NCBI RefSeq assembly: GCF_000150275.1
Contig: NW_002060977.1
Span: forward strand, 67,235-131,234
DNA from: Trichoplax adhaerens
Lineage: Eukaryota; Animalia; Placozoa
Direction: 5' to 3'
Length of the DNA stretch: 64,000 nt
Shown: in pieces, positions 15,001 to 26,200 of the stretch
Numbering within the stretch: position 1 is the first letter of the stretch
Layout of the letters: the number at the start of each line of letters is the position of its first letter
Notes under the pieces: model-generated
Told to the model about the DNA's origin: nothing
What the model saw: only the letters and a program-made list of their open reading frames with translations
The model's database searches: none
Made by a program: the position numbers and the translations under genes

Positions 15001-18000
15001 ATTTTTGGAGTAACATCGTTTTTAAATAATAATTGATAATGAATATGCTCCTAGTACAACATATTGCACGGATGTGGCCAATTTTTTTCTAATCGTGATC
15101 ACGTATTATCACTCAAAATATTCAGTCTTAGTTAAAATCCAGCTTAAACATAGAGTCCGATTCAAAAGAGACTGATCGCAGAGTTGCTATTAAAACTATT
15201 AAATTCATGTTCCGATCTAATTCACCGTAAGATTGGCAATGGTCATTTCCGTTTCACATAACAGTATAAGGAAGAATTAATGTTGATGGAATTTACTTAT
15301 AAAAATATATCAGGTTATAGATAATTAACATGATTCGTAATTTTTTTGAATTAATTACGACATTTAGAGATTTAAGCTATAACAAGATAAAGTCAAATGT
15401 TGATTCGTGGTCTTTAAGACACCTAAATGAGCTTTACTCGCTGTAAGTAATGATCAATGTTACTTTGATATATCACAAGCGCCATATGTTGCTCTAGCAA
15501 TATCCACCAATTATAGTAGTAATATGTTTCTAGCTGTAATAGGAATATGAAGTAAAACACAATATTATGTAGAATAGTCGGTCATACTCATATATTAATC
15601 GTAAATGAAGGCTGGTAAGATAAAACAGTATTCTTTTACTATTTGTGCTAGTGGGGTGTACTTAAAAAAGGTTAAAATCTAATTCATTACAGATAAATAT
15701 TGGCTATCTTGCCTTACGATTTAAATTTAACCTAAACTTTCTTCTTCTTAATCACTAAAACTGCAGCTATTGATGTAATGATTTTGCAGATAATTTTGTG
15801 AATGGTTAATTTCATTCATCGATTTAATCAAACCCTTTTCAATAATACAAATACTAGTGTGTCAATATCTATTTAAGATAAATAATCTAAAAGGGGCGTA
15901 TTTCGATGAATAATTAACATCTCATCAAGTCGCTGCTGCGCATAAAGGTTTAATTTCACGATTTATTTTTATTCTAGTGATATATCTGGAAACAAATTCA
16001 AATACTTTCGTCTAATATTTGAAGATCTATTGAGAAAGAAACTGCGAGTAATGTACGTATTCATCTATGAAAGCTGCTAAGTAAGATTTCAGTAATAAAT
16101 AGATTTATACATGAAGTTGAGTTATCTGCATGGTAATCTTAGATGGAAAAATATATATGTAATCGAAGGTGTAAGCATTGTTCAGTGTAACTAGTCTTCA
16201 ACAAGAATTTTAATTGATAATGCTTTTCATAATTACGCGTATAATCGAAAGATCAGGTATAGGATTTCATCTGATGAGTTACCTAAGTGTGCTATCATGA
16301 TGATATGATGTTGCTTGTATTATTATTTTAAAACTGTTTTGGTGGCAGAACCAGCAAAGTGTAGACTTTAGAATTTCCGTACATCTCTTCATTGCAGTGC
16401 GTAATATTGACTAGGCCTGCAAATAATGATAAGCAAACAGTGTTTTACTGCAGCAGCGCTGCAGTTATTCCACCACTGCCTTTTAATTTTGTAATTATTT
16501 CATCTATCCAAGCAAATTGGCTAATACTGATGCAACGGTTGACGAAATAGAGAAATCCATCGAAATACAAGTTCCTAGATGTTATGGTGAGGGTACGCAT
16601 GTCGAAGGCGTTAGACCTAGCTGTAACTACGATTTGTAAGTCTGATGAGTTATTGATTTTTATTCTATCTTGCAAAACCTGTGAAGAGTAACTATTGTAA
16701 GCTATATGCAACTTAATTATATCATGATTGTTACAAATACAATGCTTGTAGTGAGAAATGTGTCTAATCAATAACTGTAATAATGCTGACAAGATTCAAA
16801 ATTCTATGTAATCATAATTATGTGAACATGGTCTTAAATTAACTTCTGTCTTCTGCTTGTAAATATAGTAATTTTAGCAGATTGAATTGGACCAAACTGC
16901 CTAAAGTATTGAGAATTTATGGGCAACATCTGCAAAATCTGTAAGTATATCTCATAAGCTATACAGGTATTGTACAACCATAATACTGTCTTTTCGTCCG
17001 ATACAAGATTTTATATTGATTTCATAAATACCTATATTCGTTTCTATAATAGTCGCAAATTTTCTAATAATATAGTCATTCTTCGAGAAATGAAACTTAT
17101 GTATACATTATGACTATTTCTCCTTATATTATTGTCAAAACTATAAAAATTGTATTCATGAAGAATCGAAAGAATTTTAAAGATGTAATAATTTAATACC
17201 TGTAATGGTATACTAATTTTTAACTCTAACTTACGGTTTCAATTATTAGCTATTTAAGCTAGCACCGTCTTTTTTAGATTGATTCGCAATTTTTCGATTT
17301 AAAAAAGTATAAAGATTCTGCACTTAATAAATATCTTTTCAATATTTTATAAGAAATCTAACCAGAAACAACCTACGACACTTCGATTTTGGATTTATAT
17401 TTTCTTGCAGCGACCAGGGATTACATCATCTGTATGCAATAAGATATTATTAATTATAATATTATTTGTAGAACATTGATTAAAGAGTAGAAAACGAAAT
17501 TTACAATTGTCTTAGTGTAAAGGATATTATAGATATCCGGAAGAAATTAGATATAATAGATAAATATTTCCGTATGCGTGTACACTAATTTACGCTTATC
17601 TATATAGGCACCTGAGAAGCAACAACCTAAATTCATTAACAAATGTCCGCAAAATTACACTATTAAGTTTGAAATCGATGTAATTATTACAGAGAAGTTT
17701 TATTTATAACCTATAATTAGAATTTGGAGTGCAAGTACTGTACTTAAACTTTGATTAATATTGCTTTTTAAATAAATTACATATATTAGAGATTTATCCA
17801 ACAATAATTTAACAAATATATGTGAGATTCCATGGGCTACTTTTGCTGAAAACTTAGAGATGACGTAAGTCGTGATTACCAATTATTCTATTTAGTGCTG
17901 TTACCATTATCTCTGGTAGCTTGGTAATATAATAGCAATAGCCGCCATTATAAGTTCGTTAAGATTTATTAGAAGGAATGTACAGTACATATCCTTGTTC

Positions 18001-20452
18001 TTATTCTTTTATAGTAATGTTACGATTACCTAATACTTCATTATGAATGGCTACTCGAAAAACATAAAATTAAAGATAAATGATCGTATAAGAGAGTAAC
18101 AAGTTGACATAAGCCGCGCTTTAATATGTACCTTACAGTAGAAAGTTGGAGTAAACACTGAAGGGTTATTACACTTATATTTATGATTAAGAATAGTCTA
18201 TTTCTAATGAAATGGAATACCACAGTATTTGTAATCGCAATACTAACCAATTTATTACTCCTATTTATTTGATAAAAATACGATATCGAATCGATATCTT
18301 GATGATTCTTTTGTATTTAATAAAGGGACTTTAGTTGGAACAATATTAAGATATTAACAGCTACCTGTTTTAAAGGTTTAAAGAGGCTTACCAATATGTA
18401 AGTACGGTAACATATTTTAAAGTCACTAAGCATCGTGACAATTTACCACAATTAATGATTAGTATCGTTCTAATGTTAATGATATAACAATATAAGGTAC
18501 CTTATCATAATAATACATGAACTGTTCTCTAAGTTGTAAACTCTTAATCTCGTCTTGCCCATCTATTTCCAGATTAATGCAGGGAAATTCATTAGTTGAG
18601 ATTAAAAAGGAATCATTCTTTTATACACCTCTACTTAAACATATGTAAGTGCCATTATGATCTGTAAAAGTGTAAAATTCTGATATTACACGCTAAATGA
18701 AACTTTTATAACGCTATGATTAATGCTCCCGTTGGAACTTTTTCCTTCCTTATCTTGATTATCTACCGTATAACTATAAATACGTCTTATGGAAAAATAA
18801 CCGTTTTCGTACTGATAATCAGCTTGTAGTATACTGTCATACCATAGAGACTTGGTTGATACTAATCAAATTAAATAATTTTTCGTGAGCAAATAATCTC
18901 TTTAAACTTAGAGATTGAAAAAACTGATCAATTATTGAATTATATAAACTCAATTTTATGTATTTAATCATTAAAGAAGTTATTTGCTATCAGTAACTAC
19001 TTCACAAAATCTCTCCCACGTTGTACACTCTCCGCATAGCCCCCCCTCCCACCCAGCCCTATTTACATAAAACCTTTTTGCTCAACAAAATCTTCATATG
19101 CTAAAAACGATTAACAAGTAAAGGGAAATTTACTATTAAGTAGTTCCTAATGCTATATCTTTCACAGATTTACTTATTGACTTTTTATTATAAGTAACGA
19201 ATCAAGACATTAAAGTATAGATAATTTTGAATCTAATATTAGCATTAAATCTAACTAATTACGAAATATACTACTACTTTACAGACGCTCAACACGTTTA
19301 TACTTGTGTTGTATGGTACCAGCATCTATCCAGACTTGTTATCCATTGCGGAAATACGATGGCCTATCGACATGTGATGGATTATTATCTCATGTAACAC
19401 TGCAAATGTATATTTGGTTAGTTGGTTGTATCGCTTTTATTGGTAACATTGCCGTCTTTACTTTACATATTAAAAGTATAAAAACAAAGAAGAATCCTGT
19501 TCCAATATTTCTAATCGCAAATTTAGCTATTTCTGACTTTATTGTTGCTAACTATTTGTTAATTATTGCTATTGGTGATCGATTCTATAGTCATTATAAT
19601 TTCGCTGTCGAATCTGAGCACTGGCTACGTAGTATACCATGTTTACTTGCTTGTTTTATATGTTGTGCAGCAAGCCTGATGTCGGTCTTTATGATGCTAA
19701 TTATTAGTATCGATCGATATGTTTGCATCGTTTATCCTTTCTCTGAACGAAAATTAACAGTTAAATCGGCGTTCTTATTAGTTGCATGTTGTTGGCTATT
19801 TTCAATTATCTTTGTTGGTATTCCAGTTATGTATAGCGTTGGCGCTGATGGAGATAATCGATTACATGGATACAGTAGTATATGTATGGCTAGTAATGTT
19901 TCTAATCCATACTTTAAATGGTGGATTACAGCATTTACACTTATTACAATTATCTGTTGGATTATTACATGTATTCTATACGGTAAAATGCTAAGTTCTA
20001 TTCGTCAATCAAGTCGTAATGTACGCAAAAGTAAAAGTATCAGTAAAGATAAGCGTATAGCCATACGTCTATTCTTAATATTAGTCACCGATTTAATCAG
20101 TTGGATTCCTTATTACATTGTATTTATGCATGTTTTATCTACATCGCATTCGGTTGATATGATAGCTTTGCAATTTACCATTATATTTGCTTTACCAATC
20201 AATTCTGCGGTGAATCCATGCTTGTATACACTATCGAGTCAATCCCTTATCAATAAGATTAACAGAATTGGTGGCGTTTTTCAAGGGGCATTGAAATTGA
20301 TACGAAACAGTATGCAATCCTCTGAAGATCTAAGCGATTTATCGGCCAACAATAATAGAATGAAACCCCATACGAAAACAACTCATGTATTCCGCAGATA
20401 TAACACACGGGCTAGCATTAATATCGGAAGGAATATGTCATCGAAAATATAG
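1..20452 (+). CDS. Giant leucine-rich-repeat GPCR (LGR; RXFP/GRL101-like hinge and 7TM), 5'-truncated by the window edge
   Basis: LRR exons read by eye, mostly 72 bp and all phase 2-2: <1-61, 204-275, 409-480, 620-691, 926-997, 1201-1272, 1410-1481, 2068-2139, 2234-2305, 2432-2503, 2668-2739, 2934-3005, 3889-3960, 4045-4116, 5231-5302, 5952-6023, 6728-6799, 6881-6946, 7589-7657, 7766-7831, 8034-8105, 8223-8303, 9420-9488, 10550-10615, 10812-10883, 11041-11112, 11289-11360, 11443-11514, 11643-11714, 11857-11928, 12023-12094, 14446-14517, 15368-15442, 15978-16052, 16869-16940, 17354-17431, 17608-17679, 17790-17864, 18326-18397, 18573-18644 (e.g. YLQSNRISFIDANAFKGLRSILQL; DISRNQIQRIHPRAFRNLTKLQEL). 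Terminal exon 19285-20452 encodes the hinge CC..TCYP..DGLSTCDGLL and a rhodopsin-type 7TM (NLAISD, SIDRY, WIPY, NSAVNPCLY). That all exons belong to one transcript is inferred. Confidence 0.85.
3356..3800. repeat. Degenerate dispersed intronic repeat, copy 1 (about 450 bp)
   Basis: Colinear similarity with 12621-13070: ttagacgcctttgctt(c/t)tacgtta ... ctagataa(t/c)taga(t/c)tac ... tacagtacagcat ... ataacta. Confidence 0.75.
12621..13070. repeat. Degenerate dispersed intronic repeat, copy 2
   Basis: Same orientation and the same colinear blocks as 3356-3800. Confidence 0.75.
19285..20452 (+). CDS. Intronless hinge + 7TM + C-tail exon of the LRR-GPCR
   Basis: ORF 19304-20452 with seven hydrophobic segments and DRY and NPxxY motifs; acceptor tttacag ends at 19284, in phase with the LRR exons. 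Confidence 0.95.
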
Positions 20453-20659
20453 AATAGCTTATTCTACTTAATTCTTTCGTTTACGTATTGCCTTATTGCT
20501 TGATCTTTATGAAACTAAGAACATAGTTAAGGCTACGTTCAGGCTATAACATTGCCTGTTACGATTTTTCTTTGAACTTATTTCTATGATCATTTTAAAT
20601 TACACGATAAGCGTAATGCACTTTGTCGATACAAAATTCTAAAGGAAATTATGTACTGA

Positions 20660-21135
20660 TTTCATGGAATCTAATGTAGTTTGAGTTTAAATTTAAAATA
20701 TTCATATATGAAATGTAACTTTGTTCCGCAATTACATCAACGTCCATAGACTTTGCAATTTCGGCGATATCCAGTTCTTTAGCATAACATCTTGCGTAAT
20801 AATCTTCAATAAGGTAGTTTAAATTCGGAGTATTTGTATATGGAATCTAACTTTGTTCTTTCGTTGTATAATCTATTATAATCCGACAAGACATGATTAC
20901 TCCTAATGCAACGTGCCCATGAAATTGATAGACTTTGTAATTTCGTTGATATCAAGTTCTTTAACATAACATTTTACGTAATAATCATCAATAAGATATT
21001 TTAAGTTCAGAGTGTTCGTGTATGGAATGTAACTTTGCTCTTTAGTTGTACGATCTATTACAATCAGACAAGATATGCTTCCATCTAAAAGTGTAATTGT
21101 TAGACTTTGTAATTTCGTTGATATTTCATTCTTTA
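20660..21135. repeat. Tandem repeat, unit about 172-182 bp, about 2.5 copies, downstream of the GPCR stop
   Basis: tagactttg(c/t)aatttcg recurs at about 20747, 20929 and 21101; tatggaat(c/g)taactttg and the flanking blocks also recur. Confidence 0.85.
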
Positions 21136-22852
21136 ATTAAGTTCAGTATAACATATTGCATGATAATTAATCATTAATAAAATACTGTAGGTTTCTTCCA
21201 TCTTAAATACATATTTTACAAAGGTATGCACTGGTGAGTACATCTTGTGATACTCGTAAGTTACAACATACCAATGGTTATAATGAAGTCTAAATTTGTT
21301 CCTAGTGTTGACGTCAATACTCGCATATACAGTCTGTTTAGGGATATTTTTAATGGCTAGTTTTACTTTCATTCAAGATTATGGTTTACATGCCTCAGTG
21401 CTCTATAAGGATTAGATTCTAATACTATATAAATAAAAGATTGAAAAAAAATTTCAAGTTTACATACCAGGCTCTAACAGTAATTAGAGTTGATTAACTA
21501 ACTATTGGCGAGTATGCAATCAGTTTTAATAAAAGTTTCAAGGTTTGTATAGAATATCATTTCTACCAGTGGAAATTGAACAGTCCATCAGAGTATTAGA
21601 GTACAATGTACGTTAAAAAACAGTAGGAACTTAGCTTATGTCACATTTATAAGTCAAAACTCGAAAATTTTATACGGTATTAAGGCAGATCTTACGGTGG
21701 TTAAAGAACCACTTGTCAACTGCCGAGTGATCCATTTCTACGAAGATCCACCGTCTCGTTCCGGAAATCAAAGCTATACTACATTACCATCAAATGATCT
21801 CTGTAACGTGGACAACTGAAACTACTACCGTTAGTCCCACAATAACTTACGAACACAACACTTGTAGAGTAGACTAGTCCAAAGTTTTATTACAATTATG
21901 GAAACAAGCGCAGCAACATACAGTATTCTCGTTTCCAAATCACGTACAACATCCAGTTTTGACGTATATTCATTGAAAATTTCACAAGAATAGACCCAAG
22001 TTCGCTGGTTGTCCTATCCAATAAGGGTCCCACCCGAAATTTAGATCGACGATTTTGGAGAGAAGTACAGTATTACAATTTAATTCACTCATAATCATTG
22101 GATTCGGTTAGCAAGGCTAAAGGTTACGAGGACGGAAAGTTTCAGATCGTTTGAATTGGGGGTGTTGTAAATATTGAGTATATTGAGGGCGGCTGCAGAT
22201 TAAAAATTTGACCCATTTTATACCTTAATTAACTTCGCTATTGTAGCTGATGGTAGCTCGCAATAATGTACAGTGTCTACTACTCTCAAGATACCTTATT
22301 CGATCGAGAACTGTGGAAGATATCCAGCTATGATCAAACGACAGTAAGAACAACACACGTTAGCCTACGATTGCGCTGTGATCCTTGTTAATAAAGCAAC
22401 ATTACGGTAAACAGGTAAACAAATTCGTTTAGCAATACTTGATACGTGCGTTGAACGCTGATTTCTATTTACAGCCATTAAACCAAGTTAAAACCATGCC
22501 ATCCTACTGCACTCTATACGTACGCGCAATATGGTATCGCGAATCAGACATTACTGTATCACTGTTCGAGGCCTCAGCTACATCTACTGAAACTATGTTG
22601 TCATGATTACAGTAATAAAGTAAGGTAAAATTGCTTTGCAAATTAGTCAATCAAAGACTATATTATTAACGTGCAGCTGCATGGTAGTACACAATGAAAG
22701 ATTGAGACTATTTGCCTTTACCTGTATACTGTACAGTAAAATAATGGCCATTGAGCTAAGAGAAATGCCTTTGCCTATACAGTACTGTATTCCAAAACTG
22801 TGAACTGAACTTGACTGTGGGTTGGATTCGAACAATTAAACGGTCACCTACG

Positions 22853-23146
22853 GACAAGCAGTTCGGACGGACTTTCACCAGTTGAAATTGACAGTACAGT
22901 GCACACAGTACAGTACTGTACTGTACAGTACTACAGACGAGCATTTCGGACGGACTTCCACCAGTTGCAATGGACAGTACAGTGAGTGTACAGTGTACAG
23001 TGTACAGTACAGTAACGTACCGTACAGTACTGTACTGTAAACATAATACTGTACTCTACAGTCCATACAGTACAGTACAGTACTGTACAGTACAGTACCG
23101 TACAGTACCTCGACTTCTACAGTACTGTACTGTACTGTACTGTACA
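22853..23146. promoter_or_regulatory. (TACAG/CTGTA)n array with an 83-bp-period direct repeat, MSH6 upstream region
   Basis: Dense cagtacagtactgtactgta runs; a 49-bp block (gac.agca.ttcggacggactt.caccagttg.aa..gacagtacagtg) occurs at 22853 and 22936. A regulatory role is inferred from position. Confidence 0.65.
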
Positions 23147-23161
23147 TGTCCGACAAATCTA

Positions 23162-23207
23162 TTTCGCGGCGTCCGGCACTTTTAAAAGGCAGCGATCTGG
23201 CGGGAAA
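23162..23207. promoter_or_regulatory. Two E2F-like sites in the MSH6 promoter
   Basis: tttcgcggc (23162) and tggcgggaaa (23198; reverse complement TTTCCCGCCA) lie 60-105 bp before the ATG, in a short GC-rich patch. Confidence 0.55.
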
Positions 23208-23266
23208 AGTAGAGTGTTTTGCAAAACACACCACATGCCTATTGCAGCTTTGTCGATATTGCGTTG

Positions 23267-26200
23267 ATGAAAGCTCAAGGTAAAAGTAAAATGGTCAATA
23301 CTCTCTTGTCTTATTTTACACGTATATCGCCTAAATCAGAGACACCCAAATCTCAAACACCTGCTAATAAAAGAAATGAAGCCACTGGCAAGGATGGAAT
23401 GAGAACTGGAGCGAATAATAATCCTATCAGTAGTGCTGGTCATGACAAGCAAGGAAGCCAAGGTGACGATTTGCACCTATTTCAAGTGGTGTGGTCCAGA
23501 CTAGAAGGTTATCCATGGTGGCCTAGCTTAATTTGCAATGATCCTGATACGATGCAATTTTGTAAAAAGAAGAAAAATGACGACAGCTTTTGGTACCATG
23601 TTCAATTTTTCGATAATCCTCCAAGTCGAGCCTGGCTTTCTGCCAAGTAAAATAATGCTCTATTTTGTGTCAATAACTGTAGTAGACTTTTTCCATTGGA
23701 GGATGGTCTTGCACCATCGCAACGGTGGCATAACACATTGCATGAACAATCTAATGAATTAGTAAAGCCAAATGTACATCATTCAATATCGTCTTTAGGT
23801 AGTTCCAAGAATTGTCCGTGACATAGTTCAAGTCTTTGATGACTAGCAGTTCATTGCATTAGATTGATCTCCAATTGTTACAATTACTACGTTAAATTTA
23901 GAATCTTGTTTGGCACGGTTGATAGGACGTCTAGCTCACCCGATTTTTCGTTAGTTGTTGCCCAACGATGAAAGAATGGCTCTCTTCAGCTTAGCCAAAT
24001 CGAGCGTACTACACGTTACTTGATAGTTATTATCTTGCAAAGAATAAATCGATGCTAAGTAAACTTGCTATTAAATTGATTTGAGCTGTTCTACTCTACA
24101 CTGATTTCCTTTGCACTAGTTGCACCTATACCGTAATTTGCAGAGTCTAGACAAGCGTTACACTTTCTTGCTATGTCGGTAGAGCAATCGACATGGGTTA
24201 CGTGATCAATAATGAACTTCCAACTTTTACATAGGGACATTCAAAACTTTAGTGTCAATGATAAGCATGATTTCGATACTGGCCGAAGCAGATTTACTTC
24301 TCGTGATCCAAACGTGATAAAAGCCGTAAAGAGCGCGAATGAGGTTATGAAAACCCCGGCAGATCAAAGAGAAAAGTATTTAGCTACTTGGTCAGAAGAC
24401 TTTGCCGACAGTGATAGCGATGCTGAGTGTTTAATGGCCATGGACATCGATGAGCCTCAAACAGCTCATCGCGACAATAACAACGATGCTGATAGTGATA
24501 ATGATGAGGATGATATTAATGCTACAGTAAGTTTTAGAAGATTGTGTACATATTAAGACTTTTATCACTATTTTAAGAATGCAGGACTTAATGATTCAAT
24601 TTTTCATCGTAGATTCGGAGTAAAAGGAACGCAGATAAGACGGCCGGAAAGAGATCAGCTCGTAAAAGGCTGCGGATGTTGGACGATTCCGATTCTGGTA
24701 AGTTAGCATCGGCTTAATGTAGTATTGTGTCAATGAGTCATCATACCGATTGAATTGGTTTGCTCGATAAATGCCACTAACAGCTAAAAATGCTTTCGGT
24801 ATAAGATGCTTACGTTCCCAGTCAAGAAGAAGATAGCTCTAGCAGTAGCAGTGGTGATGAAGAAGTCGATGATATATCTACGCCAGATGAAGATGAGGTG
24901 CGTTGTATTATCACTCGCGATGCACCCTAAACGTAATTGTTGCACACTTTCGTCAGTGATAAGTATTGTAGTGGCAATGCAAGCAATTATTGCTATTTCT
25001 ACGGTTGTACTGATCAACCTTATATTTTTAGGAAGAAGATGTTAATATACCTTTGAAAAAAAGAAACACTAAACTATCTCAATCACAATCAAAGCAATCT
25101 AAATCACCTGCAAATCGATCGAAAGTAATAGATGCAGAAAACTTCGAATACCAAGGATCAAGTAATAAGTCTGCATCAAGTACGAACACTGCTACAACAG
25201 CTAATCGAAACAATAGTAGTCCGAAGAGTTCTAGCCCTCCCGCAAATCGCAACGTTAATGCTGTAAGTTAAAAATTAGACTGCTTACTTATGATGTTGTC
25301 TAATACATAACGAAAATCGTGTAATTCGTGGACCCATTTCGATATTACAGTTAGATGATGGCAATGATAACTATATTCACCAAGGGTTAAAGTGGATGCA
25401 AGATGGATTTCGAAAGTACGTCATATTAAATTAATTAATTATCAATGTAGCACAATAGTCGTAGATGCCTACCTGTATTTTACCTATTTTTGATTTCATT
25501 GTATGTGTATTGATTCTCTAGAGATTCTAAGGGTCGCCTTCAATCTGATCCAGAATACGATAGTCGAACTCTTTGGGTATGCAACATTGATATTTATTAC
25601 ATCTTGAGGACAGCTGACAGTAAAAACATAAATCGTATTGTTTGTTTTAATCTCTGATATTAGTTACCTTCTGGCTTCTTAAAGGAACAAACTCCGGTAC
25701 GTACAAGTAATATTTTGCCATTTTGATCTTAAATACTTAGCTTAGTACGGTACAAGGGCACGCGATGTCATAGTGCGATTATATGCAATGTAGATTTTGT
25801 CATCTTCTTCTCGTGTCTATTAACTTCTTACTGAACTTCTCGTATTTAGCTAATGAGACAATGGTGGCAAATTAAATCAGAGAACTTTGATTCAGTATTG
25901 TGCTTTAAAGTAAGTAATGAATACCTTCAGTTTAATAATATAGCAAGTGATACTACTATTTGTATTGCACGTATGCAGGTGGGGAAGTTCTATGAAATGT
26001 ATCATATGGATGCTTTAATAGGCATATCTGAGTTGGGATTAATACTAATGAGAGTAAGTTGAATAATTTGTACATTTTGTAACAGCGTAGTTCCAACCAG
26101 TGGTCCAGTATATAATATAATTAATGGCCAAAATTCATTCATTTATACCATAATAGTAATCATTCGATCTATTTTCTTAAAGTTTTGTACAATAGTAATT

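Noticed and set aside
16445-16792. 115-aa minus-strand ORF inside a GPCR intron
   Set aside because: Non-ATG start, no recognisable domain and no splice support.
22647-23234. ORFs rich in YSTVQ/TVLYC here and at 36694-37555, 42110-42555, 45916-46137 and 55625-56287
   Set aside because: They are translations of the stop-poor TACAG/CTGTA pentamer arrays, not proteins.
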